A DNA stretch of 20,000 nt from Neovahlkampfia damariscottae. Its lineage: Eukaryota. The position numbers and the translations under genes are program-made. This document shows, one piece after another, positions 1-9,113 of this stretch. Location of the stretch: positions 52,484-72,483 of the forward strand of contig JABLTG010000101.1 of NCBI GenBank assembly GCA_016618085.1. Reading direction: 5' to 3'. The notes below the pieces were generated by a model, which did not search any database, was not told where the DNA came from, and saw nothing but the letters and a program-made list of their open reading frames with translations. Each line of letters starts with the position of its first letter. Positions within the stretch are counted from its first letter, which is position 1.

Positions 1-424
1 TTTTAAAGAATTTTGTAAATTTTCAATTTCTTTTGTTAATTTTTCAAGTTCCGCTAATTCTTCTGGTGTTTTTTCAATTTTATTTTCAATAATTTCTAAA
101 GGTTCTATTGAAGGTGTTAAATCATCAGGATTGATTGAATTCAAAATTTCTTGATCTTTCATTTCTTCTTGTGAAAGTTCTATTTTTTTTTCTTCTTTTT
201 TTTCTTTGTTTCTTTTTTTGTTCAAAGATAATTCCCAAAAATCATCTTCAACTTCAGTAATTTTGGCATTTTCTTTCTTTTCAATTTTTATGTCGTTCCA
301 AGTTGAATCATCAAAAAAATCATCCATTTTCTGATAACTTTTGGAAGCTTTGATGAAAACTATTGGATAAAAACAGCTTCTAACTTTATCACATTTTGTA
401 AAATTTAATTTTCTTTTTTTACGG
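1..424 (-). CDS. 3' part of a hypothetical acidic/coiled-coil protein gene interrupted by the Fanzor element; runs off the window's left edge
   Basis: Open minus frame from 423: RKKRKLNFTKCDKVRSCFYPIVFIKASKSYQK-MDDFFDDSTWNDIKIEKEE... (internal ATG at 327). 384-422 could alternatively be an in-frame 39-nt GT-AG intron. Confidence 0.65.
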
Positions 425-566
425 CTAATGAATTGATGGTTATTGTGATAAAAGTGGCCAATTAGATTTAATTTTGCCAGTTATTTTTACAATTTTTATT
501 TGAAGTTGTTCAAGTTGAACAAAAAAGACCTTTTGTTCAACTAGAAAATACTGAAAAAGATCTCAA
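419..566 (+). repeat. Direct repeat copy 1 (target hexamer plus element left end)
   Basis: 148 bp matching 18176-18323 with mismatches only at 426, 440 and 490. Confidence 0.97.
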
Positions 567-949
567 ATGATGAAATTTTGATTTCAAAATTTCCAGTCAA
601 AGGAATGATTAAAAAATGGGAAAGAAAAATTCATAGTACAACAGTGAGAAAAATGCTTCATTGGTCTCATTTTCAATTTCGTCAAACATTAAAACATCTT
701 GCTCAAAAAGATTCTGTTCAAGTACATGAAGTTTCAGAACATTATACCAGTTGTACATGTGGATCATGTGGAAAAATAGATTGGAAACTTGGAAAAAAAG
801 ATCATTTCAATTGTAAATATTGTAATTTTTCTCTTCCAAGAGATTATAATGGAGCAAGAAATATATTTCTGATGAATATACAAATTTTATTGGAAATCCA
901 AAAACTGCCAGTACTGCTGGCGACGGTCCTATCCCGAAAGAAACCTTGA
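566..949 (+). pseudogene. 5'-truncated Fanzor2/TnpB-like RNA-guided nuclease (RuvC-II/III and zinc finger only)
   Basis: NDEILISKF..RKMLHWSHFQFRQTL..VSEHYTSCTCGSCG..FNCKYC..RDYNGARNI. Shows CxxC/CxxC, the RuvC-III Asp and a Glu in ExYTS. The frame is closed upstream by TAG at 542; RuvC-I, REC and WED are absent. Confidence 0.88.
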
Positions 950-989
950 TTAATCAGAATGAACAGAAAAGTCAGTTTTAAGATAGCGG
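890..989 (+). ncRNA. Putative omegaRNA scaffold (guide predicted from about 990)
   Basis: GC-richer island overlapping the ORF 3' end. Stems 901-907/973-979 and 907-911/917-921, plus a crossing pair 929-933/982-986. Confidence 0.55.
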
Positions 990-1093
990 ACAACATTTTG
1001 TGGATAAAAATAGTATGATGTATGGATAAATGGTTGAATAAAAATAGCAAGATTAACTCTATATAATTATTTATTTGTCACTTACCTTCTCAT
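987..1093 (-). CDS. Putative 5' part of the same interrupted host gene (MRRVNLAIFIQPFIHTSYYFYPQNVVR)
   Basis: ATG at 1093 and a 27-nt GTAAGT..TAG intron at 1085-1059. Joins the 1-423 frame exactly at the shared CGG. Divergent from the ALKBH8 ATG by 85 bp. Confidence 0.5.
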
Positions 1094-1178
1094 CCAATAT
1101 GATAGATTGTGGCTATATTTAATGTAGCTCTAAATTTATATTTCTTTTCTTCATTAATTGGTTTATTTTTTTTCAAAC

Positions 1179-2788
1179 ATGAAAGAAGTATTCAACGCAA
1201 ATTTTGAAAAATCAACTGATGAAACAAAACATTTGTACCTTACCAACATTTCAAATTTGATAAACTTGAAAGAAATACTCCAAGACCTGAATGTTGTTGA
1301 ATTTGTGGACAAAAAGAATTTTTTATATTTATCATTTGAGTCTGTTGAGGATTCTAAAAAAGCAAAAGAATTTTTGAAGAAACCAAATGAAAAACTAGAA
1401 AACAGAAACCTAATTGTTGAATTTTCAAAACCAAAATTGAAAAAAGAAAAAAAATTGAATATTGAGTGCACCAGCAAAACAGAATATCTTAAAATTCCAG
1501 GACTAACAATTATTGAAAATTTCATTACAAAAGATCAAGAAGAAGCTTTGATAAATGAAATTGACTCAAAAAAATGGTCAACAAACATCAAAAGAAGAGT
1601 ACAACATTTTGGATATGAATTTAACTATTTGAACAATAATATTGATGTTACGAATAAAATTGGTGATTTACCATCCTATTGTAATGATTTTTACTTCAAA
1701 GATAGAGTTGATCAGTTGACAATAAATGAATATGAGCCTGGTATTGGAATTAAGCCTCATATAGATACTCACTCAGCATTTGAAGATGGTTTGCACATTA
1801 TCTCTTTGGAATCTGATATTGTGATGTTATTCCAGAAAGAAGATGTCCATAAGAATGTAATAATACCAAGAAGATCTTTGTTAATCATGGAGAAAGAATG
1901 CAGGTATGCTTGGAGGCATTGCATTTGGTATCGCAAACAAGATGTAATAAATGGAAAACTTGTGAACAGAAAACGTCGAATATCATTGACATTTCGTAAA
2001 GTAAGAGGTCATCCTTGCACATGTGAATTTCCAGAGTATTGTGATTCTCAGGAAGATTTTAATCCAACAGAAATCGAGAAGAAAAATGTCCATGATGTTT
2101 ATGATGAAATTGCAAGACATTGGGATCATACAAGACATACTCCATGGAAATATGTCCAAGAATTTTTATCTCAATTGCCGAAAAATAGTTTCATTGCAGA
2201 TGTAGGATGTGGAAATGGAAAATATTTTAATTTGATAAACAAGAATTCATATATCATTGGAATTGATAGATCTGAGAATTTGATTGAAATATGTAATGAA
2301 AAATATCCAAATGTAGAATCGTTTGTATCAGATGCCTCCATTCTACCTTTCAGAAATGATATATTTGATGTTTCTATTTCCATTGCTGTTTTGCATCATA
2401 TCTCAACATTAGAAAGTAGATTGAATATCATCAGTGAGTTAATCAGAATAACAAAACCAAATGGAAAGGTACAAATTTCTTTCATTTGATTTTTCTTTAG
2501 ATTTTAGTAAATTTTTACACATCCATTAAACAAAAGTTATGTGCTTGGTCTTTGGAACAAGATGATGAAAAATCTATTCATAAATTCAATACACAAGATA
2601 ATTTAGTTCAATGGAAATTACAAAAACAATATTCCAAAGATGGAAAAGATAAAGTTCTCTATCGTTATTGTCATGTTTATAAAGAAGGTGAAATTGAAGG
2701 ATTATTCAAAAAATTTGAAAATATAAAAATTGAAAAATCATTTCAAGAGCATGGTAATTGGTATATCTTGGTAAAAAAAATCAAATAG
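1179..2788 (+). CDS. ALKBH8: tRNA wobble-uridine modifying enzyme ALKBH8 (RRM, 2OG-Fe(II) AlkB, Trm9-like methyltransferase)
   Basis: RRVQHFGYEF, PHIDTH, RRISLTFR, CTCEFPEYCD, ADVGCGNGKY, IAVLHH, YRYCHVY. Exons 1179-2468, 2501-2506 and 2537-2788. Confidence 0.93.
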
Positions 2789-2825
2789 TCATTTTGAAAA
2801 TGATTGGATAATTAAAAAATCTTCA

Positions 2826-3877
2826 TTAATCTTCAAGATCAATAGTTATTTCAAACCCTGTTTTCTCTTCTTCAACCACTTTTTCTTCTTCTTTTCTTTT
2901 TCTCTTTTTTGTTAATTTTTCTGAATTTGGTGTATGATAAGATTCAAAAAAATTAAAAATTGAATCAACAGCAACTAAATTGACTTTACAAGACATTTTT
3001 GTTCCACCAGATACATTTTGTGTTTTTGGATTATAAATGACAACTTCTTTGTCTAATTCGTCATCTGATGGAATCCAATGTCGACAATTTTTCAACAAAT
3101 ATTCTTTTGTCTTCTTATGATCAACTGTAAAAGAAATTGAATCAACAAGAGCAATTGCAGTGATTTGTTTTTCAAAAATTTTTTTTCTTTCGTTCATTAA
3201 ATTTACAATCCATCTACCAGCAAAACCATGTCCCTTATTAAATATTTAAATATTTAAATCGTATTACCCTTTATAAAATTATTACATTTATTGTTCCACT
3301 TACCAAAGGAATTTATATTTAGCAGGTGATTTTGAAATGAAATGATCAAAAACATGAGTCAAATGCTCTTCTGGTGTATTACTTTCAATCCCAGGTTCAT
3401 TTGGGTTCAAGATTAAAATTGAGAAATCTTTTGAAACTGCTTTTGCAATTTGTTGTAATAAACTACCTGCTCTCAATGAATGAGAAGCACATTTTGATTT
3501 GCTCCTTTAAAACAAAATTAAAAAAAAGAATATGAAACAATACCCTTTGAATTTTGTTAAAAACAATGAAATGTTGTACATTGACCTGGTTCCATCTCTC
3601 CTTTTGATGGAATAAATACAACTAACTTTTCTGTATTAGTTGTGAAGTTTGTTGACATCAAAATATATGTTCTATTTTCTTCTTTTGACATAAAAGGTAT
3701 GTGAACTTTTTTCATTCCAAGTTTTTTCGTTAATTTTTTTTGAACATGTTCAATAATGAATTTTTGAATGATATCAGCTTCTTCTTTGTTTTCTAAAACA
3801 TTTTTTGGAATTGTTTTTCCATTTTCTTTATAAACTAAAATACCACGATTTGTGAATGTGTATTCTTCTTCGTCCAT
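2826..3877 (-). CDS. FAM172A: FAM172A/ARB2A-like alpha/beta-hydrolase-fold protein, spliced
   Basis: KLVVFIPSKGEMEPGQ, ILILNPN, TPEEHLTHVFDHFI, GHGFAG, ITAIALVDS, CRHWI. Introns near 3505-3580 and 3235-3300. Confidence 0.8.
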
Positions 3878-3931
3878 TTTTAAATGTAACAAATTTGGGT
3901 GTGCAATTTGATTGGAAGAAAAAAAAAAGTT

Positions 3932-5866
3932 ATGAAGTTGAGAGGATTCGAAGGTGTGAAACTTAATCGCATTTCTTTGAATAAAAAAGTTCTAAAAGAG
4001 TTAAAATTAAATATTTTTGATAAAATTATCATAAAATCTAATCAGAATAACTTTATTTTGGAGGTGATAAATATTCATGAGGAGAATTTCAGTTTGGTCA
4101 ACAAAGAAGTTGCAAATTTTTTTGACATTGAAAGAGAATATGAAGTTTTGGCATTCCAAGAAGACAAAAAAATTGCTATTTTACAAATTCATATTTTGAA
4201 CTCAAAGAAACTTCAAAGAATAGAAACTTTTTTTGGAAAGTCGATTTTTGAACAAAAGAATGAAAATTGGTTAATTAATATCATAAAAAGAAAGATTTTA
4301 TTTCATTCATTCACAAAAAATTCACTTTCCGTTCAAAAAATAGTTGGCGAATTTTTTGTGTTAAAAATCATGAATGAAGTCAATGGAATTGTGGATAAAA
4401 ATACAAAAATCGAAATAGTGAACCAAAAGGAAGAAAATCAAAAGAAAATCCAAAAACTTGGTGGAACTGAAAAACAAGAAAAAATATTAAAGGAATTATT
4501 AGATTCAAAATTTGAATTACAATTTAAAGAAGCATCAAAGAGTTGTTTGGTTTATGGAGCATCTGGAAATGGAAAAACTGAGTTCGTAAATCAAATATGT
4601 TCTGATTATCAACACAAATATGAAATTCAAATCATCAGATTATCAACAGATCAAACTCAAATCAGAAATTTAATTTCTGGAATTGAAGACAATAACAAAA
4701 TTATTTTCATCATTGACAATTTTGAAATACATCAAGAAGATTCTATTCATTTAATTTATGGCATTTTAGACATTGTCAAGAACTCAAATTCATTTGTCAT
4801 TGGTATTTGTGAAAACATTGATAATGTTGACTCTATTTTCAGATCAAGTGGTAATTTTGAATACGAAATTTATTTTCCAATACCAAATGTGAATCAAAGA
4901 AAAGAAATTCTTCAAATATACTTTCCAAAAATCAAAGAAAACATGATTGAAAAATTGTCAAATTTCACATCAGGTTATGTCGGAAAAGATTTGGATAGAT
5001 TGTCAAAATATTCAAAATTAATATGCAAAGAGGAAGAAAATTTAAATTGGGATATTTTTACGTCCATTTTGAGATCAATTCAACCAAATCAATTGAAAGA
5101 TTTCGGAACAAAAATTACTAACGTTTCATTTGACGAAATTGGTGGATACGAAAAAATAAAAAAAAAAGTTAAACAGATTTTAATGATGCCATTCGATGAT
5201 AATATCAAGAAATTCAACATGCCAACATCATCTGGAATATTACTTCATGGACCTTCAGGAAATGGTAAATCACTCATTTCAAAAGCTATAGCGTCACTTG
5301 GAAAAATGAATTATATTCATTTTAAAGCACCAGAACTATTTTCAAAGTATTATGGTGAAACTGAAAAAATCATTCGTGAAATCTTCACAAAGGCAAGAGA
5401 ATTAGAGCCTTGTGTTCTTGTTTTTGATGAAATTGATTCTATTGGTTCATCAAGAGGTAGTGGTGATTCTGATAGTGGCACTTCCAGTCGAGTATTAACT
5501 CAATTATTAACAGAAATGGATGGCATTCAAGAAAAGAAACAAATTATTCTGGTTGGATGCACAAATCAAATAGATTCTATGGATGAGGCATTACTAAGAC
5601 CTGGAAGACTTGATCAATTGATGTATGTTGATTATCCTGATGAAAATGATAGAAGAGCAATTTTTGATTTATTAAAAAAAAGAATGCCATTTGATGAAAA
5701 TGTAGATTTTGAGTTTTTGATAAAAAATTCAGAAAATTTATCATGTTCAAAAATTGTTAGTATCTGCAATGAAGCAGCAATTGCTTCACTGCGAGAAGAT
5801 ATCAATAACAAAACAATCCAACAATCACATTTTTCTTTGAAATCAAAATTTGATTTTAATTTTTGA
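3932..5866 (+). CDS. CDC48-family double AAA+ ATPase, AFG2/SPATA5(L1)-like
   Basis: Degenerate D1 (GASGNGKT, IIDNFE). Canonical D2 (GPSGNGKS, LVFDEID, ALLRPGRLD). No introns. Confidence 0.85.
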   Translation: MKLRGFEGVKLNRISLNKKVLKELKLNIFDKIIIKSNQNNFILEVINIHEENFSLVNKEVANFFDIEREYEVLAFQEDKKIAILQIHILNSKKLQRIETFFGKSIFEQKNENWLINIIKRKILFHSFTKNSLSVQKIVGEFFVLKIMNEVNGIVDKNTKIEIVNQKEENQKKIQKLGGTEKQEKILKELLDSKFELQFKEASKSCLVYGASGNGKTEFVNQICSDYQHKYEIQIIRLSTDQTQIRNLISGIEDNNKIIFIIDNFEIHQEDSIHLIYGILDIVKNSNSFVIGICENIDNVDSIFRSSGNFEYEIYFPIPNVNQRKEILQIYFPKIKENMIEKLSNFTSGYVGKDLDRLSKYSKLICKEEENLNWDIFTSILRSIQPNQLKDFGTKITNVSFDEIGGYEKIKKKVKQILMMPFDDNIKKFNMPTSSGILLHGPSGNGKSLISKAIASLGKMNYIHFKAPELFSKYYGETEKIIREIFTKARELEPCVLVFDEIDSIGSSRGSGDSDSGTSSRVLTQLLTEMDGIQEKKQIILVGCTNQIDSMDEALLRPGRLDQLMYVDYPDENDRRAIFDLLKKRMPFDENVDFEFLIKNSENLSCSKIVSICNEAAIASLREDINNKTIQQSHFSLKSKFDFNF

Positions 5867-5972
5867 ACATAATTTTACACAAGCTTAAATTTGGCTTAGT
5901 TATGAACAAATTGTTTTTTTTTCAATTTTTTTTATTATTTGGGATGGATGCAAATCATTGGTCAATTGTTAC

Positions 5973-5980
5973 GCGCGAAA
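5973..5980 (-). promoter_or_regulatory. E2F-like site (TTTCGCGC)
   Basis: ACGCGCGAAAAA is a rare CpG cluster in this AT-rich DNA, immediately upstream of the small 5982/6012 gene. Confidence 0.4.
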
Positions 5981-5981
5981 A

Positions 5982-6206
5982 ATGAACGTAAGCACAGTGA
6001 AGAAGAAAAAAATGACAAAACCAGAGAATATAACGGTAGAAGAATATATGAAGTCTCAATGTGAAATCGAGGTGAGATATTATTCAACAAAATCTAATTA
6101 TTACCTTTAGAAAGAAAAATTGCGAGAACATGTTTCAAAGTTAATACAAAGCCTTCAACAAGAAGGTGAAGAGAGAAAAAGAGAACTAAAAGAGTTTATG
6201 AACTAA
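5982..6206 (+). CDS. Small spliced helical protein resembling the Survivin/Bir1/BORI C-terminal helix
   Basis: ATG at 5982 or in-frame 6012, intron 6072-6110 (GTGAGA..TTTAG). Product ..NITVEEYMKSQCEIEKEKLREHVSKLIQSLQQEGEERKRELKEFMN*. Confidence 0.6.
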
Positions 6207-6362
6207 CCAAAACCTTGAATAAACTATTTGTATTTTTTAAAAACTGATATTCTTGCAACAAGAAGGTGAACTCTTAAATTTTTCCAAAGAAAACTTTATG
6301 AGTGAAAATCTTCAAAAACTCAATTTTGAGGTTCCTTTTTCATTGGTGGAAATTATTGAGTG

Positions 6363-8567
6363 ATGAACAACGAAAACTCATACCTGATTTTAGGTTTCCC
6401 TCTAGCTAAATTTAATAAAGAGTCTCAAGTAACATGGAACCCTTCAAATAAAGAATTAGTTGAAATAAATGAAAATAATGTCAAAATCACTTCAGTTTTC
6501 CATAAAAACCAAAAACCAATTGAACACAAGTAAAAAAAAAACAAATTAACAAAACCAAAGATTTAAAGAAAATGATAATATGATAAAAGCAACTTTAAGT
6601 CCAAGTAAAAACTATTTAGTCGCAGCTCCTTCCACGTTAGACTGTTTGAAGTTCTATCATTTTAAATCAGAAATACAATTTGGTTATAAAACAAAAGATA
6701 AAAATACAAAAATCCTTGGGTTTTTCTGGTTAACTGATCAAAGTATTATCGTTATAACAACAGGTTCTGTTGAGATTTATAAAGTAAAAAAAAAAAAAAA
6801 TTAACCATGCAAATTAGTTGAAACTAACAAAATTAATTCAACATAAAATATACCCTTTGAATATAAATTTCATTGTTTATTCTGTAAAACTAAAAAAAAA
6901 AATTCACTTTTTTTTTTTTAGAATGATAATAGGGTGTTGTTGACAAGTCAAGAAATTTCAAACAATATGATTCCTTATAAAATTGTTGATAATACTTTAA
7001 TAAAGTTGAATAAGCTTCCAATTTTAGACACAAACATCGAAAAAAAAGAAATCAAATTAATGAGCATGTAACCAACAAACCAACAAAAAAACTTATCATT
7101 TTTAAAGGTTCAATCAATGTTATTGTTTTCATATGGCTCATTCAAAACAAGAATTAAACATCTATCGTTTAATTAAAGACACATTCATAAAAGAAAATTC
7201 TTTTAATTTATACACAATGGGTACCCTTGATATTAGTGTTGTAGATTCATTAATATTTGTTCATAACTTAACCACAAAGGTATTCAAAAACTTTTTTTCT
7301 TTTTAATTTTTTTCATTAGTTAACAATGGTGTATGATCCATTATTGAAATTTGAAAATCCTTTGACTTATCCGATTTCAATTTCACCTTATAAACCTTAT
7401 TCACAATCAAAAGAAGATGATGAAGAAGAAAAAGAACCTGAATCCGTTGAACTTTGTAAATCATATTTTTGAATTTTTAACATTTTTTTTGAGATAATGA
7501 TTATTGGCAATTCATTAAACCAAATTTAGTTTTAGATAAAAAATCAGGATATTTATTTGAATTATTTGTCATTATTAATGAACTTCCTTTAAAAACGATA
7601 AAAAAGATCAAAGATTCTGAATTAGAAATTATCAAATTTTTATCAAGAAGAGAAAATAGTAAATTGACTTTAGTGGATGCAGTTAAACAATATTGTGTTG
7701 AATCATCATTAAAAAAACTTTCTTTAATCTTCAAATTGCTGACAAGATTTTATTATCAACACTTATTTTTACAGTAAATACTAATACCTTTGAATTTCTA
7801 AATTTTTCAGACAAAATGAAATGTCAAATGATTGGAATGTTATACAAGTGACACCTAGATCAAAATCAACAGATTTTGGTATTTCAAGTGAAACAATCAC
7901 TCCACTTCCATCAACTAATGAAGATGATGCTAAACCACCAACTGGAACATTCATACAATTAAAAGATGAATTTTCTGATGAAATATATACCAATATCATT
8001 TTATCAAATGGATTTGCATGGATTGATCAATTAGATTTCTATAGAAATATTTTATTACATCTTGACAAAAAAATCTCCCAAAGAAAATTGATTTCTATTT
8101 TAATTGAATATATTAGATCACTAAACTCTTTTAAAATCAAAGTTAAAGATTTTCTTCAATTATTTTTAATTGAGTTATTGGTACAATCAAATCAATTAAC
8201 AACATTACATGAATATATTCAATATAAAGTTTTGACGGATAGTGAAAAAGTTGCATTGACAATTTTATCATTAGAAGAGAAATATAAACCTGCATTTCAA
8301 ATGAGTTTAGATATGTTATCAAGATTAGGTGCTCATCAACTTATTTGTGATGTTTTATTGGCCAGAAATAAAATACCACATGCATTAGCTGTCATGTATA
8401 ACAATCAATTAACATCTATTTCACCAAAAATTATATTTGAAAATACTTTAAATGATGATTTTCTATTCTTCAATGCATTCGAAATTTTCAAAAAATTGAA
8501 CCCAAAATATTTCAGTGATCCGGAATGTGAAAAGTACATTGCCATTTATAAAGAAAAATTTGAATAA
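6363..8567 (+). CDS. RMC1: Regulator of MON1-CCZ1 (Mic1/C18orf8), multi-exon
   Basis: N-terminal KTKDKNTKILGFFWLT. C-terminal Mic1 domain EYIRSLN..LHEYIQYKVLTDS..AFQMSLDMLSRL. Many short introns. Confidence 0.88.
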
Positions 8568-8654
8568 AAATATTTTTATTTTTTTTTTACAATTTTCAAT
8601 TTTACTGGTAATTTCTTCAATGAATTCATTTCTGTTGAAGTATTTGGTTCTTTT

Positions 8655-9065
8655 TTAAAATTCAATTCTATTTCCTGTCCATTCTAAACCTTTTGTTTTT
8701 TTTAATTTTTTTCTTTTTGAAAAATGTTCTCTTTTGTCTTTTACTTTTTTTCCATCTTTCATGATCTCTTCTTTTAATAATGCTTTTTTTGAATTTCCAA
8801 TTTGTGTGAAATTAGTTCTTGTTCCTTTCCAACCTTTTTTTAAAAGTTCATTTTCATGTACATCTTTTTTTATTCTTAATTTCCAAGATGGATGAATAGT
8901 TTTCTTTGGATTGACTTTACAACAGATATTTCTTTTGATACATTCTTCTTCAACAATTTCTTCGATTGTTTTTTCTCCAGAAGAAGTTTTTTTTTCGTCT
9001 TTCTCTTCTGCAGATGTTTGAAGAAATATACTTCCACTGTTTAATCTGACTTGTTTTATTTTCAT
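8655..9065 (-). CDS. Hypothetical basic protein with weak Bud22/SRFBP1-like C-terminal motifs
   Basis: Lys-rich ORF with IHPSWK, WKGTRTNF and a terminal WTGNRIEF. Confidence 0.5.
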   Translation of the reverse strand: MKIKQVRLNSGSIFLQTSAEEKDEKKTSSGEKTIEEIVEEECIKRNICCKVNPKKTIHPSWKLRIKKDVHENELLKKGWKGTRTNFTQIGNSKKALLKEEIMKDGKKVKDKREHFSKRKKLKKTKGLEWTGNRIEF

Positions 9066-9113
9066 GCAGATACTGATGTATTTAATTGGTGGAAATATTT
9101 CAGCCAATCATCA

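Larger units (their letters stand above)
425..989 (+). mobile_element. Non-autonomous, internally deleted IS607-like Fanzor2/TnpB element
   Basis: Left end is repeated at 18176-18323. Contains a Fanzor/TnpB C-terminal ORF and a structured 3' end. CGG occurs at both boundaries (422-424 and 987-989). Confidence 0.75.

Noticed and set aside
425..994. Element spliced out of the host mRNA as an intron (IStron/introner-like)
   Set aside because: The nearest GT/AG pairs on the minus strand give CCG TAA (a stop), and the AG is absent in copy 2.
844..1050. 68-aa minus-strand ORF
   Set aside because: It starts at TTG, crosses the element boundary antisense to Fanzor, and has no recognisable motif.
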